64,000 nt of DNA from Haliotis rubra (taxonomy: Eukaryota). The position numbers and the translations under genes are program-made. How positions within the stretch are numbered: position 1 is the first letter of the stretch; each line of letters opens with the position of its first letter. The stretch covers positions 620,001 through 684,000 of the forward strand of contig NW_025767131.1 in assembly GCF_003918875.1 (NCBI RefSeq), written 5' to 3'. The notes below the pieces were generated by a model, which was given only the letters and a program-made list of their open reading frames with translations, had not been told where the DNA came from and ran no database searches. Of this stretch, positions 52,046 through 64,000 are shown in pieces.

Positions 52046-52630
52046 CATAGCATAGCATAGCATATAGCATAGCATAGCATAGCATAACATAACTACTACT
52101 ATTACTACTACTTCTACTACTACATGTACTACTACTACTGTTCCTGCTACTATTACTACTACTACTACTACTACTACTACTACATGTACTACTACTACTG
52201 TTCCTACTACTACTACTTCTACTACTACTACTACATGTACTACTACTTCTACTGTTCCTGCTACTACTACTAGTATGGGAAAAGGGCTTTCTCCTATGTC
52301 GCACCAACTCTTTGGAACTCTTTACCTTTAGAAATCAAACTATGTGAATCTCTCTCAACCTTCAAGTCAAAAGTTAAAACTCACCTGTTTCAAAGTGCCT
52401 ATGTCTGACTCTTTTACTCAATTCTTTTCAGCGCATTGAGCATTCATAAGTGTGTGGACATTTGCGCTTTATAAGTGACATTATTATTATTATTATTATT
52501 ACTACTGCTACATGTACTACTGCTACTACTGTTCCTGCTACTACTACTACTACTTCTACATGTACTACTATTTCTACTGTTCCTGCTACTACTACTACTA
52601 ATACTCCTGCTACTACTTCTACTACTGCAA
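52046..52630. repeat. (CATAG)n plus compound (CTA)n microsatellite, split by a LINE fragment
   Basis: Seen directly. Higher-order ctacatgtact / ctgttcctg interruptions occur on both sides of 52274-52500. Confidence 0.9.
52274..52500 (+). mobile_element. 5'-truncated L2 (CR1-group) LINE, 3' end
   Basis: 52274-52408 translates YGKRAFSYVAPTLWNSLPLEIKLCESLSTFKSKVKTHLFQSAYV*, the canonical L2 ORF2 C-terminus. It is followed by the stem-loop tail gcgcattgag...gcgctttataagt and (att)n. Confidence 0.92.
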
Positions 52631-55099
52631 GCTCCTCATCTACAACTGTAACCGTTACAACATAACATATATAGCAGTAATGACAATGAAATTAATGGTA
52701 GTTGTAATAACTTGCAAAAGTCTAGTGGTCTCTCAGATCCATCCTCAAAGCGTTTGCACATAATCGCCTAGGAATGATGTTGCATTGTCAACTCGGAGGG
52801 GAGCTTACATGATGCGCACAGTTTAGATTTAGTTTACAGACGCGCCAAAGTATACATAGATGATAACATTTCATAAACAACCCAACATCGGATCACGAAA
52901 GCCAATGCATTGGTTAGAAAGACTTTGAAAACAGTAAAACAGGAAATGACCCCTTCTTATTGTTATGAGAGTGTTTTTATTTGTTATTTGTAATTTGTAA
53001 TATCACATTGTTTAGTGATAGTTATTGTGGGTCACAGTGTTTAAAGTTTTGAGTGTGGGTTTTGGCTCGCATCATATATGTTCAATGGCAATAGTATTTG
53101 TAGCGGCACGCCTTTTTTATAGCGCTTCAGAGTAGGCTCCCTTGGCTGGCTTTATTTTGTTTTGACTTCCAGGTCTTGTCACGTGGTGTTTTTTCCACGT
53201 GGTGCCATGGTGTTCTGAGAGAATAATCATGGAGCCTGACTTTGCTAGAATGCTCGAGAACTGTGTAAGAGCTATATAAAGGCTGGTTGTTGAGTTATAC
53301 GACGGTACTTTGTCATTGTAAAACAACCTTCAATCAGTATATCTGCTCTCACTGTAAATGCCAAGACTCTGGTGAGTTAATATTTTATATTTGTGACCCA
53401 ATAATTTAGATTTGTGACTCAATTGCATTGTACTAGATATCTGTATGGTCGCTTATTGTTGTTTGCTCATTGTTTATTCAATATGTTATTGAATATTTTA
53501 GATTTGTCTGTGTTCTATTTTGCTGGTTCAAAGGGGACTCTTAAACCTTTTGTCACGGCAAATTATTAACCGGAACATTATAATCAGTTTACAGTGTAAG
53601 CAGTATGATAAGGGTCCCAGGAAAAGGTGGCATTATTTTCAGTAATATACATTATGACATTCTTTTCACTGTTTATGCAAAGATCATATGAACATATCGT
53701 CACAAACTTTAATTAAGTGGCCCTATGGTTGGTGACAAGACAAGCAAATATGACGGGACGTGGTTACAACAGTGCACTAAATGGACATCCATTTGCTACA
53801 TGCATTTAGTTTAGCGAACTGAAGGCATAACCAATATGGCAGTGAGTCTCGAATCGCGCAAGATCTGCACCGAAAGCGTTTATTTCAAAACGTTGGTTCT
53901 GAATATTGAACGTTATATAATGCTATTCCAACAACACACCATGGTTTAAGCATTGAACAGCAGGATAAACAATGATGTTTCTTCATCTGGGAAAACACAG
54001 AATATGCTGAAAAATGTCAGCGTATAACATCAGTACCTATTAACCTGCTTCACGTGGCATACATAACTGGGAGTAGAATTTGGTATGGCCAGAGGGGGAT
54101 TTTCGTGGATGCAGGGATCGTATGTATATAAATGAGTAATGTTTGTAATCAGAATAATTGGCAATTTCAACGGAATACTAGATGTTACATGTTTCTGTTC
54201 TATTTTGAGACAGCGTACGAAAGGTGTAGGTTTGATTATGCCTCCGTCATGGAGGATTCGCAGATTCGGATCAATCGTCCAAACCACAATTGTAAACAAC
54301 ATATTATCAATTCATTATTCCTTGAACGACTAATTTTTGAGAACATTCTCAGTAGTCCTTACTGATACATTCAGCAACCCGGATAAATCTTTGGCAACAA
54401 GAAAAACAGGTACAAAGCCGAAAGTGTGCTTGTTATATGTTCCAACCAATTGGCATTAATACACGAGGTTCTTTTTGAAATTTGAGTTAGATTGGTTAGA
54501 TTCCATGTGGGGCAGTTCGTATCAGTGACATAGTCAGTTTATTATTTAATTTGATATGAGGAATTCAGGGATGTATTTACGCAGCTGAGCATGAAGCATA
54601 CGTCATGTGATAGGCGTCTCATTAAGGCATACACGAAAGTCGTGACGTGAACATTACCCAAATTAGGCAGCCGCAAAAGTGTTCCTCAAACGAATATAAG
54701 TTTCCTCATGATGTTTTGGAATGATTATTGGTCCAGTCAGATTATTTTGTAATTAAATATCCTTTAGCTATCTTAAATGAAATAAATGATAACACAGTGA
54801 AAGAGGATTTGATAAAATGTGGGAAAATGTTCTTTCGATGATTATTTTCAAATCTGTTTTATTTTGCAATTTTTCTTTGTCTGAAAATATTTTGTCAGAA
54901 TTTTAGAAATGTACTGGACCTACCGAAATATGATCTATAGTCACACAGACTGCGCTTCAAATGCATATTGTGAAAGAGGAGACACACACCAATAATTAGG
55001 TCAAACTGACCACTTCTGAGAGGGATATTCGAAGTACGTTCACGTCTTCCGTGCCTCTGTGGTTGACAATAACAACATAATGAAATAGAGATGTAATCG

Positions 55100-57050
55100 A
55101 CATAGATCGGCCTCTCTACTGTTGTGTACGAATGGATGTGAATTTCATTTTTCATACACCTATCAACGCCTGCAAGGGTATCGATTGTGGAATGGATCCC
55201 ATGCCCTACATAGACTAATGCCCCGTAAAGCTTTGCTGATCACTCAGTCTACATGTATCCCTGTAAAATATTAAAAAAACACAGCTTCATAAAATACATG
55301 GTACATTACCGTGTATATGGCGAGTATATATGTCTCCTTTCTGTAGTCTTGCTGATGCGTGAATCACATGTTAAAGCCATTATTTCGTACAAAACAATGG
55401 TTCGTGTCGGTGTGTCTCTTGACGTTGATACCTCCAGCCTAATAAGTGAACTAAGATTTCACAGCAAGTTATGAATTTTATTTTTGTGGAGTATGTTAAC
55501 AACACAACTGTTAAAGGTCACAAACTGGCGACCAATATTTCATGTGCTCTCTATTTGTCGACGTCAAACTTGTCCGATATATTTTCGATTAGAGAAACAT
55601 TCCAGTCATCGTTCTTAAAAGTTCACAAGAACTGAAGTTAATCCTACTCACTGAAAGATTATTGGGGCAAAGACCACATATCTCGATAGATGGCAGCTCA
55701 CCATATCATAATGGACATTCATCATGCTAAGAAGCGGAATTTGCTTTCACATGAGCAGCGCAAACAGTAATAAAGATCCAGAATGCCCAAAAGAAAGAAT
55801 AACATTATTTATGTTTGTTGTTGGAGTTGGCGCACCTTTGCGAAAACGCCCAATCATCTTTAAATGGATACAGAACACCCATCTCGACACTGGGATAAAA
55901 CAAATGGAACACATTTGGTGGAAATTTAATCAAAACTTCGGTATGTATACGTAACGCTATTCCTGCAGAACCAGGGATTGTACACGTGTGAAACACACAA
56001 GCATGCTTTGACTGGATGCTCGTATGACTCCTGATATGAACATTGTTTGTGTGTTCCTTTCATTTTACAAAACGAACGTGAACCATGTGATTACAATCGT
56101 ATTGTTTGTTTTCAGAAACTTCAAAGCATTTATGCCAGAGTTCTTATCCCAGAAAATACTTCATAACAGTTTGGTCCATTTGATTGTACTTGGTTCCAGA
56201 GTTAGGTAAGGGCACATTTGGTTAATGAAGCGTTTTTGTCTCACATGAACTGGTTACTTGCTTATTTCAGAATTGGGTAAACCCTGTAGAAATTGTTGTG
56301 AACGGTATCGGAATAAGAACTTGGTATCAATAAGTGTCCGTTTGTGGCTTCTGACAACACTAAATGCATACGTCAAAATATTTGATATTACCGGATTCAC
56401 GGAGCATTGTTCTTATATTTTAGCATTTGAACAAGCTGATTTTCACAGGATAACAATGCCTTTTTATACAGACATGTGGCAAAACATTCTCTATGGGCCA
56501 TAGACGTGCTTTTGCTTTGAGTTTCATTTCAGGATTGACAAATCCCCACCTATCATTTATTTTAGACATCAATTGTATCATAGTGTGTGTATGAAGACCT
56601 AAAGGTGTCCGTGTAATAACAAAAAACAGGCTTGTTGCCATTCGTTTGAACATGTCTGAACATTGTAAATCCAATATTTCAAAGTCTTTCGCAATTTCAA
56701 ACTTGACATGTCTAGCAGTCGAAAAAGGACCCCCAACCTGCCCCCTCCACGTGGGTTTGAGAAGATCTTCTTGAAACAGTCTAAACATGGACATTGCTAA
56801 AGCTTCAATGCCGTAGAAACGCTATCCCAACGTTCTCCGAACAGAACATGTGCTGAATATGGTTGTGGGATCAACTAGCAGCTAAAACTCGGTCAGATAT
56901 CGCCATTTAGGGTCATTGTGTGGTGAGCTTGCAAACGGAAGAGATTTCCTATACGCGTCCAGCCATGGGTCTTTACGGGAATACGACAACCACAGTGACC
57001 CTTTCGTGAACCGACCAGTCTGATGGCATCTTGTTACTGACCATTCATAT
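55100..57050 (-). mobile_element. Decayed DIRS/Ngaro-like (tyrosine recombinase) retroelement
   Basis: ORF 56420-56794 contains GQVGGPFST, KDFEILDLQ and CSDMFKRMATSL, resembling Ngaro RT motifs (GRxxGPF, DFELLG, SCxxFExxSTAL). An LRCSxE-like YR box-I remnant lies near 55760. Boundaries approximate. Confidence 0.45.
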
Positions 57051-60000
57051 GATTGGCAACATGTATGGTGTCTTCTCTCGTTGGACCAAGCAAGTGACCC
57101 GGGTCAAGTAATTTGCAGCTACTCGTACTTATCGTCCCGCCATTTTCAGATAACTTGACAAAACAGAATGTTTCAAAGCTTGAAGCAATTATCATTCAAG
57201 TATCAGACAGCTTGTACACGTGGGAATGTCATACTGCTCTAAATCTTCAGATTTCGATGCACGGACAATGCTCGGATGATTATTGTCTGATCGATCGACC
57301 ATGGGAGTGTTCTAATTTGATTGTTTGGTGTTTCACTTCGTTCTTAACAATGTGAGTGAGTGAGCGAGTGAACGAGTGAGTGAGCGAGTAACAGGTAACA
57401 CGTGTAACTTATTTTGCCCTATGGTAACCGATTTCATTATGGATGCTAGAGGTACGCTCATTAATCATAAAGGGCGCTACTATTAGCTAAGGACCTGCTG
57501 TTGTCCTTTTCGCGTTCACTAGGGTCCACCCATTTGCACAGAGTTATCCTAGCTCTACGAAGATCGTAACTTGGCAAGCACGCCACTGGCTAATCTCAAT
57601 GTCACTCGAATACAACGACATGAAAATATATCGCATGGCATTTCAAATAGACTATCATATATTGAACATGAGATACAAATTCAATACTTCCATTTAAATA
57701 ATAATACAAACATTAAATAAAGTAGCTCAGAAACGTATTGAAGGCAATATATTCCAACATGTTACCAGATTCTAACATGAATTTACGTACAGATTGAAAT
57801 CATTTTATGTCTATGTTTTCTGGTAAAGATATTTCAACATTACCATTTCAAGCTCTTTTTTAATCATATTCATTTGTCTTATAAAATATCTTGTTTCTAA
57901 TAATTGTGTATTTTCGACACACAAATATGTAATGAAGTGAATCGTTACAAGTAGCCCCAAAGGAGCACAATGGATAATTCAAAATTATTCTGTCCTTTTT
58001 ATTTGAATTTAAATCGCTACAACCTGATCTGAGACGGGGATGTATTACTTGGCAGAATCTATTGTCGAAAATGATCTTTTGACTAATTTCGAAGTAATCT
58101 TGTCTGTAAAGCAGCCTGGGGATTTTATTGATTTACTGTCTTCTGGTAAAAAGTTCCAAAGTTCTGCAGTACTAAACGGGAAAGATTTTATGAATTTTAT
58201 GATTTTGTTTTAATATGTTTCACTTCTTCACAAATGTGGATTACCTGCGGAAACATAAACAGGAACAAGATTGCACAAATACTTGGTCTACATATCGTAG
58301 ACCATGCTATGAAACAAAAACATATGTTTGTACACGCCTCCTGTCATCCAGTAGGTATAAAATTAGTTTCAGCTTATACACGTACTTCAGTGTGACAAGT
58401 ACCCTTGTTTCCCCACATAACGTTCTCAAGGCATCAAGTTCCAATTATTCAAGAAATTATTTCTGGGTAGCCTTACACGTATCTCATTATGTAACTACAG
58501 TATTCAAAGAGCAGTAATATATAATACTGATACATAATTTGGACTGATGTTCTTGATAAACAGTAGTTTGATACTCTCCAGACAATTAATCATGGGTGTT
58601 ACCCTTGGTGTACCTCTAGGCATTTCATCAAGCGTCAGGCAACAACCAAACATACGACCATTTTACATTTGTATGTAAATCCTGTGAGAGGTTGGTGTTA
58701 CCTGTAGGACATGACATGTTCTCCTTTTTCGAGAACCTAGATTTCATCAGATTTTGAGTGATCCATTCATTTATTTTCATCGCTACTTTGCCTTTCGAAT
58801 CCTCTGGAATCTGTTTCGTGGATAATCGAGGCGTCGACGTTTCATATTCCAATCTATTTTCAGAATTTTGATTGTTGTACCCAAGCTTCGATTTCTCCTA
58901 TCCATTCACAACAAACGCGATCCTGCACAATCGTGTGTCTGTCTGTGTGATGTGTCCCAGACATTAGACGGCAGCACCCATGACCTAGTACCAGCGGATC
59001 ATTTCGAACTGGTTTTCTCCCTTGAGCCACATGTATAACTGCCTGTCTAGGAACTTTTCAACAAATTAACTACTTAAAAGTTCCCAAATGCCTCCATCAC
59101 TTGTCGGTAGATTGTTCAAAGTTCTGTTCTGTGTGACGCTAATTGATTTTATTATTTTCCGATAACACCTCGGGTCGTATGTAAACCGTGCGTCTATCGC
59201 TAGACATTACCAGTGTCAATCAGACAAGGTACTCCACACAGCTGTTGCCTGTATAGCGAGGCAGTTTAGATCAGTTTGTAGAGAAACTCGTCTCCTCTGA
59301 AGTACATGTAAATGTTTTCGTACCAGCCAAACACCTTGCTAAACATGCATAAACATCTGATAATATGCATAATATCTTGGAAACAATTAGAAACTGGAAA
59401 ATGTATTGATGTCTGTGTCCCTGGCTGAGATAACCCCGAAAGGTAGTCCTTACGGTGAATACTATCACTGATTAGTAGCATGTCCTGAGTCTACTATTCA
59501 TAGCAATATGATTATAGCTTTGCATTTAACAAATACAAATCAGACAAAGCTTCGATCATCCATGTTTTTTACAAACAAGGCTAATTCGCATTTTATGGAA
59601 GCGTATGGTGTGATCGTTATATTATGACTACAACGCTTTCAAGACACTACGCAAAACACATCACATTTATCTTTGAAGTAACCTACTTCAAACTTTCTGG
59701 TCTGCGTAAAATGAGATGACTCAAGGGTAGTCGAAGTAGAATTGTCTCTCTTTATAACTAGCCGTTTATGGTGTAATCATGTGTCCGGGTCCCAAATGCG
59801 TCGCACTGCTTTAAATATGCGAATACTTGCGTCCACAGTGGGAAAGGCATTGTAATAGATGAAAGAACCTATGTGTGTATAAATGACAACATCGTTATTA
59901 CAGTGTGCAAGACCAGTATACTTGTATGTTAATCATACAAATCACATTTCACAAAAAACGAAATTTTCAGACATCTGACAAACAGGACTTTCATTACCTT

Positions 60001-60724
60001 GTGTTTTACTGGAGATACCTGAGCCACCATTCCTTTTTCAATAAAGGCTACAACAATGTACAGTGGTAATTAAATCCAGATCACGCATAGATACAGTGGG
60101 TTTGGTTACAGTACGGTAGTCCTGCCGCTCAACGAATGGGTGTTCATCATTGGGTCAAATACAGTTCACGTACATCCCTATTATTAGTATCTATAGGTGT
60201 ACATCAAGATTTAAACAGACATTTTGCATTTGCCCATTGGCTTTGAATGTGAAAGAGAAAAAGGAGGTTTGCGCGATCTGATCACTATATGAGCTAATGC
60301 AAATAATCGTGGAACCCGAGTATTTGCCTTTGCTCTAATTAAGACAATTAGAGGACTCGTGACAGAACTTTATCAGGCGAGAAAGGGACAGGTGAGAGAC
60401 AATAGGGCTCGTTTCTAGTCGACTTTGCCCTCGTAATTGTACCGTTATATGCCAGTTAACTGCTGTCATGGGTCTTCTAGTACGCCGATAAGTCACAGAT
60501 TCTGCTATTTATTTCCGGACAAATGTGTCGCATTTCACTGAGGTCACGTGGTTTGCATCTCCCTGGGCTTGCCTTCAATTTTAGCACGTCGTAATATCTG
60601 AGATGATTTTCGATCGCATACTGATGTGAGTATAATCAGGAACGTCATTATTTACACGTCAACCCTGTTTTTACCGTTGACATTGGGTATATTTACTTTG
60701 TCAATATACAAGGTACAGGAAGCA

Positions 60725-60935
60725 GGTAGCATGTCGTCTCAGGCAATTCCTTCGGCACGCCAATATGACTGAGGGTTCGAATCCCTGTTCACCCTGTATC
60801 CGTGCTTGTCTGTGTCTCACCCAAGTGATAAACGTCCGAGACCTGCGTTACTTTTGGCTTTACTGCTCACTGTGCTCACACGATGATAAGCATGCACCTG
60901 AAATACTATCAGTCACCTTGACCCCAAATCACTCT
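60725..60935 (+). mobile_element. Old SINE-like element
   Basis: B box GGTTCGAATCCC at 60774-60785 and a tail resembling ctgaaata.t...aaatcactc. Confidence 0.45.
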
Positions 60936-62850
60936 GTCAGTAGTCAGATGTGTTGTCGAACCTTGGAAAAGGTCGTAACGACACCGGTTCCTTTTTGCAT
61001 AAGAGGACGTCCTGGGGTACCAGTGTTGCCGATGCGGAGTCCGCTCTACCACTCTCATTCATGCAGTAAGTCCAATGACGATTCTTCATCGTCGACGTAG
61101 TCTTTTGTGATGGGCTGCCAGTAGCCGACGCCACAACCAGCAGTGCAGTCCATCCGTCCCTGATGATAATGACGTGCATTGATCTGACCACGTCGGTTCA
61201 GTTTTGTATCTAAAAGTATTACATATTGTGGGGAAACGCATTCACCCACGGGCACATCCATATGACTCGCTGCCTGGACAAACGAGGGTTTTGCTGTTCA
61301 CGTGTCTACCCTCAACAGGTTCATTTGTAGAATCTAGTATCGTTATAACATGGCAGAAAAACTCTACTCTGTCCATTATGTAACACCAGTTCAAATATGT
61401 GGGACGTGCCTGAGTTTCGTGATATTTACTTCAAACAAATCTGACGATTAGGATATTACAAAATGCTCGCGTGCAAATTTCTAGTTTTGCAACCAAATAC
61501 CCAGCCAGTGAAAAGGATATCGAATGAGAAAACAGTCCAATCAATTCTGACGTCAGTACGATCAGACTCTGAAATGGGTGCTCATCCTTGTGTATATTTA
61601 CTCAGTGCAACTGTTTATATTTAGATTACTAGACACGAACATTATTGATGACTTATGCATACATATACACAGTATATATAGATATTTGTCTGATATGTTT
61701 TATCCATGTTTGTTATATTCTGAATGTGATATCAACGCACTACCGATTTGATATTACATTCAATAGCAACGTGTGTGTGTGGCTACATGTGTTCCTCCGG
61801 GCGTTTCCGATTTTTTGTGGAAGGTCACTGAGCTGCTAGTTAATAGTTTAACAGGGATAAGTAAGTTCTAATCCATTATGGATGTTATGAATGTTAGCCT
61901 TTTTCACCTGCTGAGATAAACTCAGCGTGTGCCATGAATGACGATTGTTTTCTTTACTACATGAAGTAGCTGCGTTCCTTAGACAAATCAGGAACCAATA
62001 ATTGTGGGTTCAAAGACCAGATACGTCCTGTTTATGATTCCTGTTTGCATGATATTATTAGTACCGTACGTGTGTTTCCAACAAAGTGGTAAAGGTCAGA
62101 TGCCATCATGACTTCGGGCTTTTGTCCTCCGTCAAGCTGATAAAACAGTAGTGTTACATGTGTGGCGTTGTTTGCTGTTCAACGCTGCACATATCATTAT
62201 TTTAGTTATGCGAGGGCGGGCTGTACATACAGGCCCCACACGACTTTCCCTATTGGAAATGTCATTCCATGCACAGTACCTGTTGTGTGCTGCATTTGTT
62301 CGAGTAGGTTGATATTTTGGATTAGATTTACATCCAATCTTACAAGTTACTCCTGTAACTGAAGCCACTGGATAAACGTGGGTTTTATGTCATCAGTACA
62401 CGTGAATGTATTATCGCCGGTCACATGTGTAAGTAAGTTCATCAGTTTCAGGAGGTGTCACCCTTCTGCGTGTGCTACGCATGACATCAACTACACGTGT
62501 GCACGTAATATCATCAGGTGATAAGTATGTAACGTCACCAGATGCACCCAAATATAACGCCATCATGTACACATGTTTTCACACCCAAATTACTGCGCTA
62601 ATTGCATTAGATAATCCCGTTTAGAACGGCAACACCTACCTTGCACATGTGTAGGTCACAATAATCATTATGCGTGTACACAACGTCACCAGTTGTAAGT
62701 AACGTTACCGTTTACGATGTGCACTGATCTTACGTAACAAAGGCACGGGACTCAACCGATGACTGGCGGATATCTCCATCATGTGCGTATGTAAGGCCTC
62801 CTGCACCTACATGTTACGTTTATGTTACGTGTGTACAACCAGGGAGACCA

Positions 62851-62959
62851 GGGCCTAGATTTTCGAAGCTCTCTTAGCACTAAGATAGTCGTAAGTGCCA
62901 TACATTAACATGGACTTACGACTATCTTAGCTCTAAGAGAGCTTCGAAAATCTAGGCCC
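62851..62959. mobile_element. Near-perfect palindromic MITE (PIF/Harbinger-like)
   Basis: gggcctagattttcgaagctctcttag..ctaagatagtcgtaagt / acttacgactatcttag..ctaagagagcttcgaaaatctaggccc; CAG/CTG junction context. Confidence 0.85.
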
Positions 62960-63019
62960 TGGATTGTAGATTATCCCTGGTACTCATCAGTTTGTTGGTC
63001 ACGTAAAAACAACATGTAA

Positions 63020-63135
63020 TCAGGTCTGGTCTACATAATCCAGTCGACAATCCATGCATCAACCAAAACTCAATTCTTGACCAGCTGATCTATAAGTCGT
63101 CACCTAGGACAAGCATAGACTGGGGAACATGCTGA
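63020..63135 (-). mobile_element. Highly degenerate family B fragment
   Basis: gtctggtctacataatccagt...agtcgtcacctaggacaagcat. Confidence 0.5.
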
Positions 63136-63468
63136 ACTGTATTTCTTGTCAGAACTACTAATCAAATCTCACCAGAAAACTCAAACAATTAAAACAAAAA
63201 TGACCACATATACGAATAAAGAAAAACGCAATGTATACACTACAAAAACGACAACGATAACCCTTAACCAAACTTGCAACCCCAAAAAGTCAAAGTCAAA
63301 ATGAAGACAGTGATTGATATTCTGAACACCGCCTAGTTACGGGGACTCCTGTCATCAATGAAATCACTCACCTCGACCACGTGATCCATAAATCGACTTG
63401 CGCAACAATCGGATGTTGCTGTGTATCAATTCAGACATTATATCTATATTCATGAATTTAGCTACATA

Positions 63469-64000
63469 CACTCTTCAAAAAAAGAAACGCAAAATGAAAT
63501 TCAAGAATGATACTTACAATTTTGTACACATAGTAAACTCATTATTTTTTTAGGGTTGCACATTGTTTCTGGAATGTTTTAGAAGATCATGCTTGACCAA
63601 ACGCAACCAAAAATGATTTTGAACGGTGTTATCAATAAGGATTGTCATGATGTGCGTGGATGTCATGCAGCACGAATATCAGGCACAATGATTGTTTCTC
63701 ACGTGCAAAGCATGAGTACACCATGTGACTATCAAAGACCCAAATGAATCTCACAATTTAATCCACGATCTTTGCAAGTACTGTACACGAAAATGGGAGG
63801 TCTCAACGCTGCCGATCGAAATCAGGCAATTGGACGATTGCAAGCTGGCGAATCAAAGAGTGAGGTGGCAGGGATCTTCAACGTTCATCCCAGCACAATA
63901 ACTCGATTGTGGGATCGATTTCGTCAAACAAATTCGACAAATGACCGTCCAAGATCAGGAAGACCTAGAGTCACCACACCTGCCCAAGATCGGTACATCC
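63469..64000 (+). mobile_element. Tc1-like transposon, left end (runs off window)
   Basis: TA followed by TIR CACTCTTCAAAAAAAGAAACGCA, matching the TIR at 27994. Confidence 0.93.
63793..64000 (+). CDS. Tc1 transposase N-terminus (partial)
   Basis: MGGLNAADRNQAIGRLQAGESKSEVAGIFNVHPSTITRLWDRFRQTNSTNDRPRSGRPRVTTPAQDRYI: paired-like HTH plus GRPR motif, open to the window end. Confidence 0.9.
   Translation, partial: MGGLNAADRNQAIGRLQAGESKSEVAGIFNVHPSTITRLWDRFRQTNSTNDRPRSGRPRVTTPAQDRYI

Noticed and set aside
51999-52665. Poly-Ser and poly-Thr ORFs
   Set aside because: These are translations of the (CTA)n microsatellite.
1990-62368. Remaining 60-140-aa ORFs in the track
   Set aside because: Lengths are as expected by chance, many use non-ATG starts or overlap repeats, and none shows recognisable motifs.

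Overview
Eukaryotic, AT-rich, repeat-rich animal genomic DNA. It is molluscan, most plausibly a gastropod such as abalone; that assignment is an inference from the neuropeptide and repeat content, not a database result. The only confident protein-coding sequence is a minus-strand buccalin (allatostatin-A-like) neuropeptide precursor exon at 148-1530, encoding about 26 amidated peptides. A promoter-like island with TATA, Inr, GC-box, X-box and a short non-coding exon at about 37.7-38.1 kb may be its distant first exon. The rest is intron or intergenic DNA containing: (i) about 11 copies of a tRNA-Asp-derived SINE in two subfamilies; (ii) about 11 copies or fragments of a second ~240-bp retroelement with the same 3' tail but no tRNA head, which instead starts with a compact pseudoknotted ~72-nt fold showing a compensatory change (candidate 5' ribozyme or structured RNA, the top lead); (iii) Tc1, hAT, MULE and PIF-type DNA elements and MITEs, several nested; (iv) a 146-bp hairpin whose mismatches and loop look optimised for folding of one DNA strand only; (v) L2 and RTE-X LINE 3' ends, decayed DIRS/Ngaro-like remnants, minisatellites (one reading as an Asp/Ser-rich ORF) and a 162-N gap.
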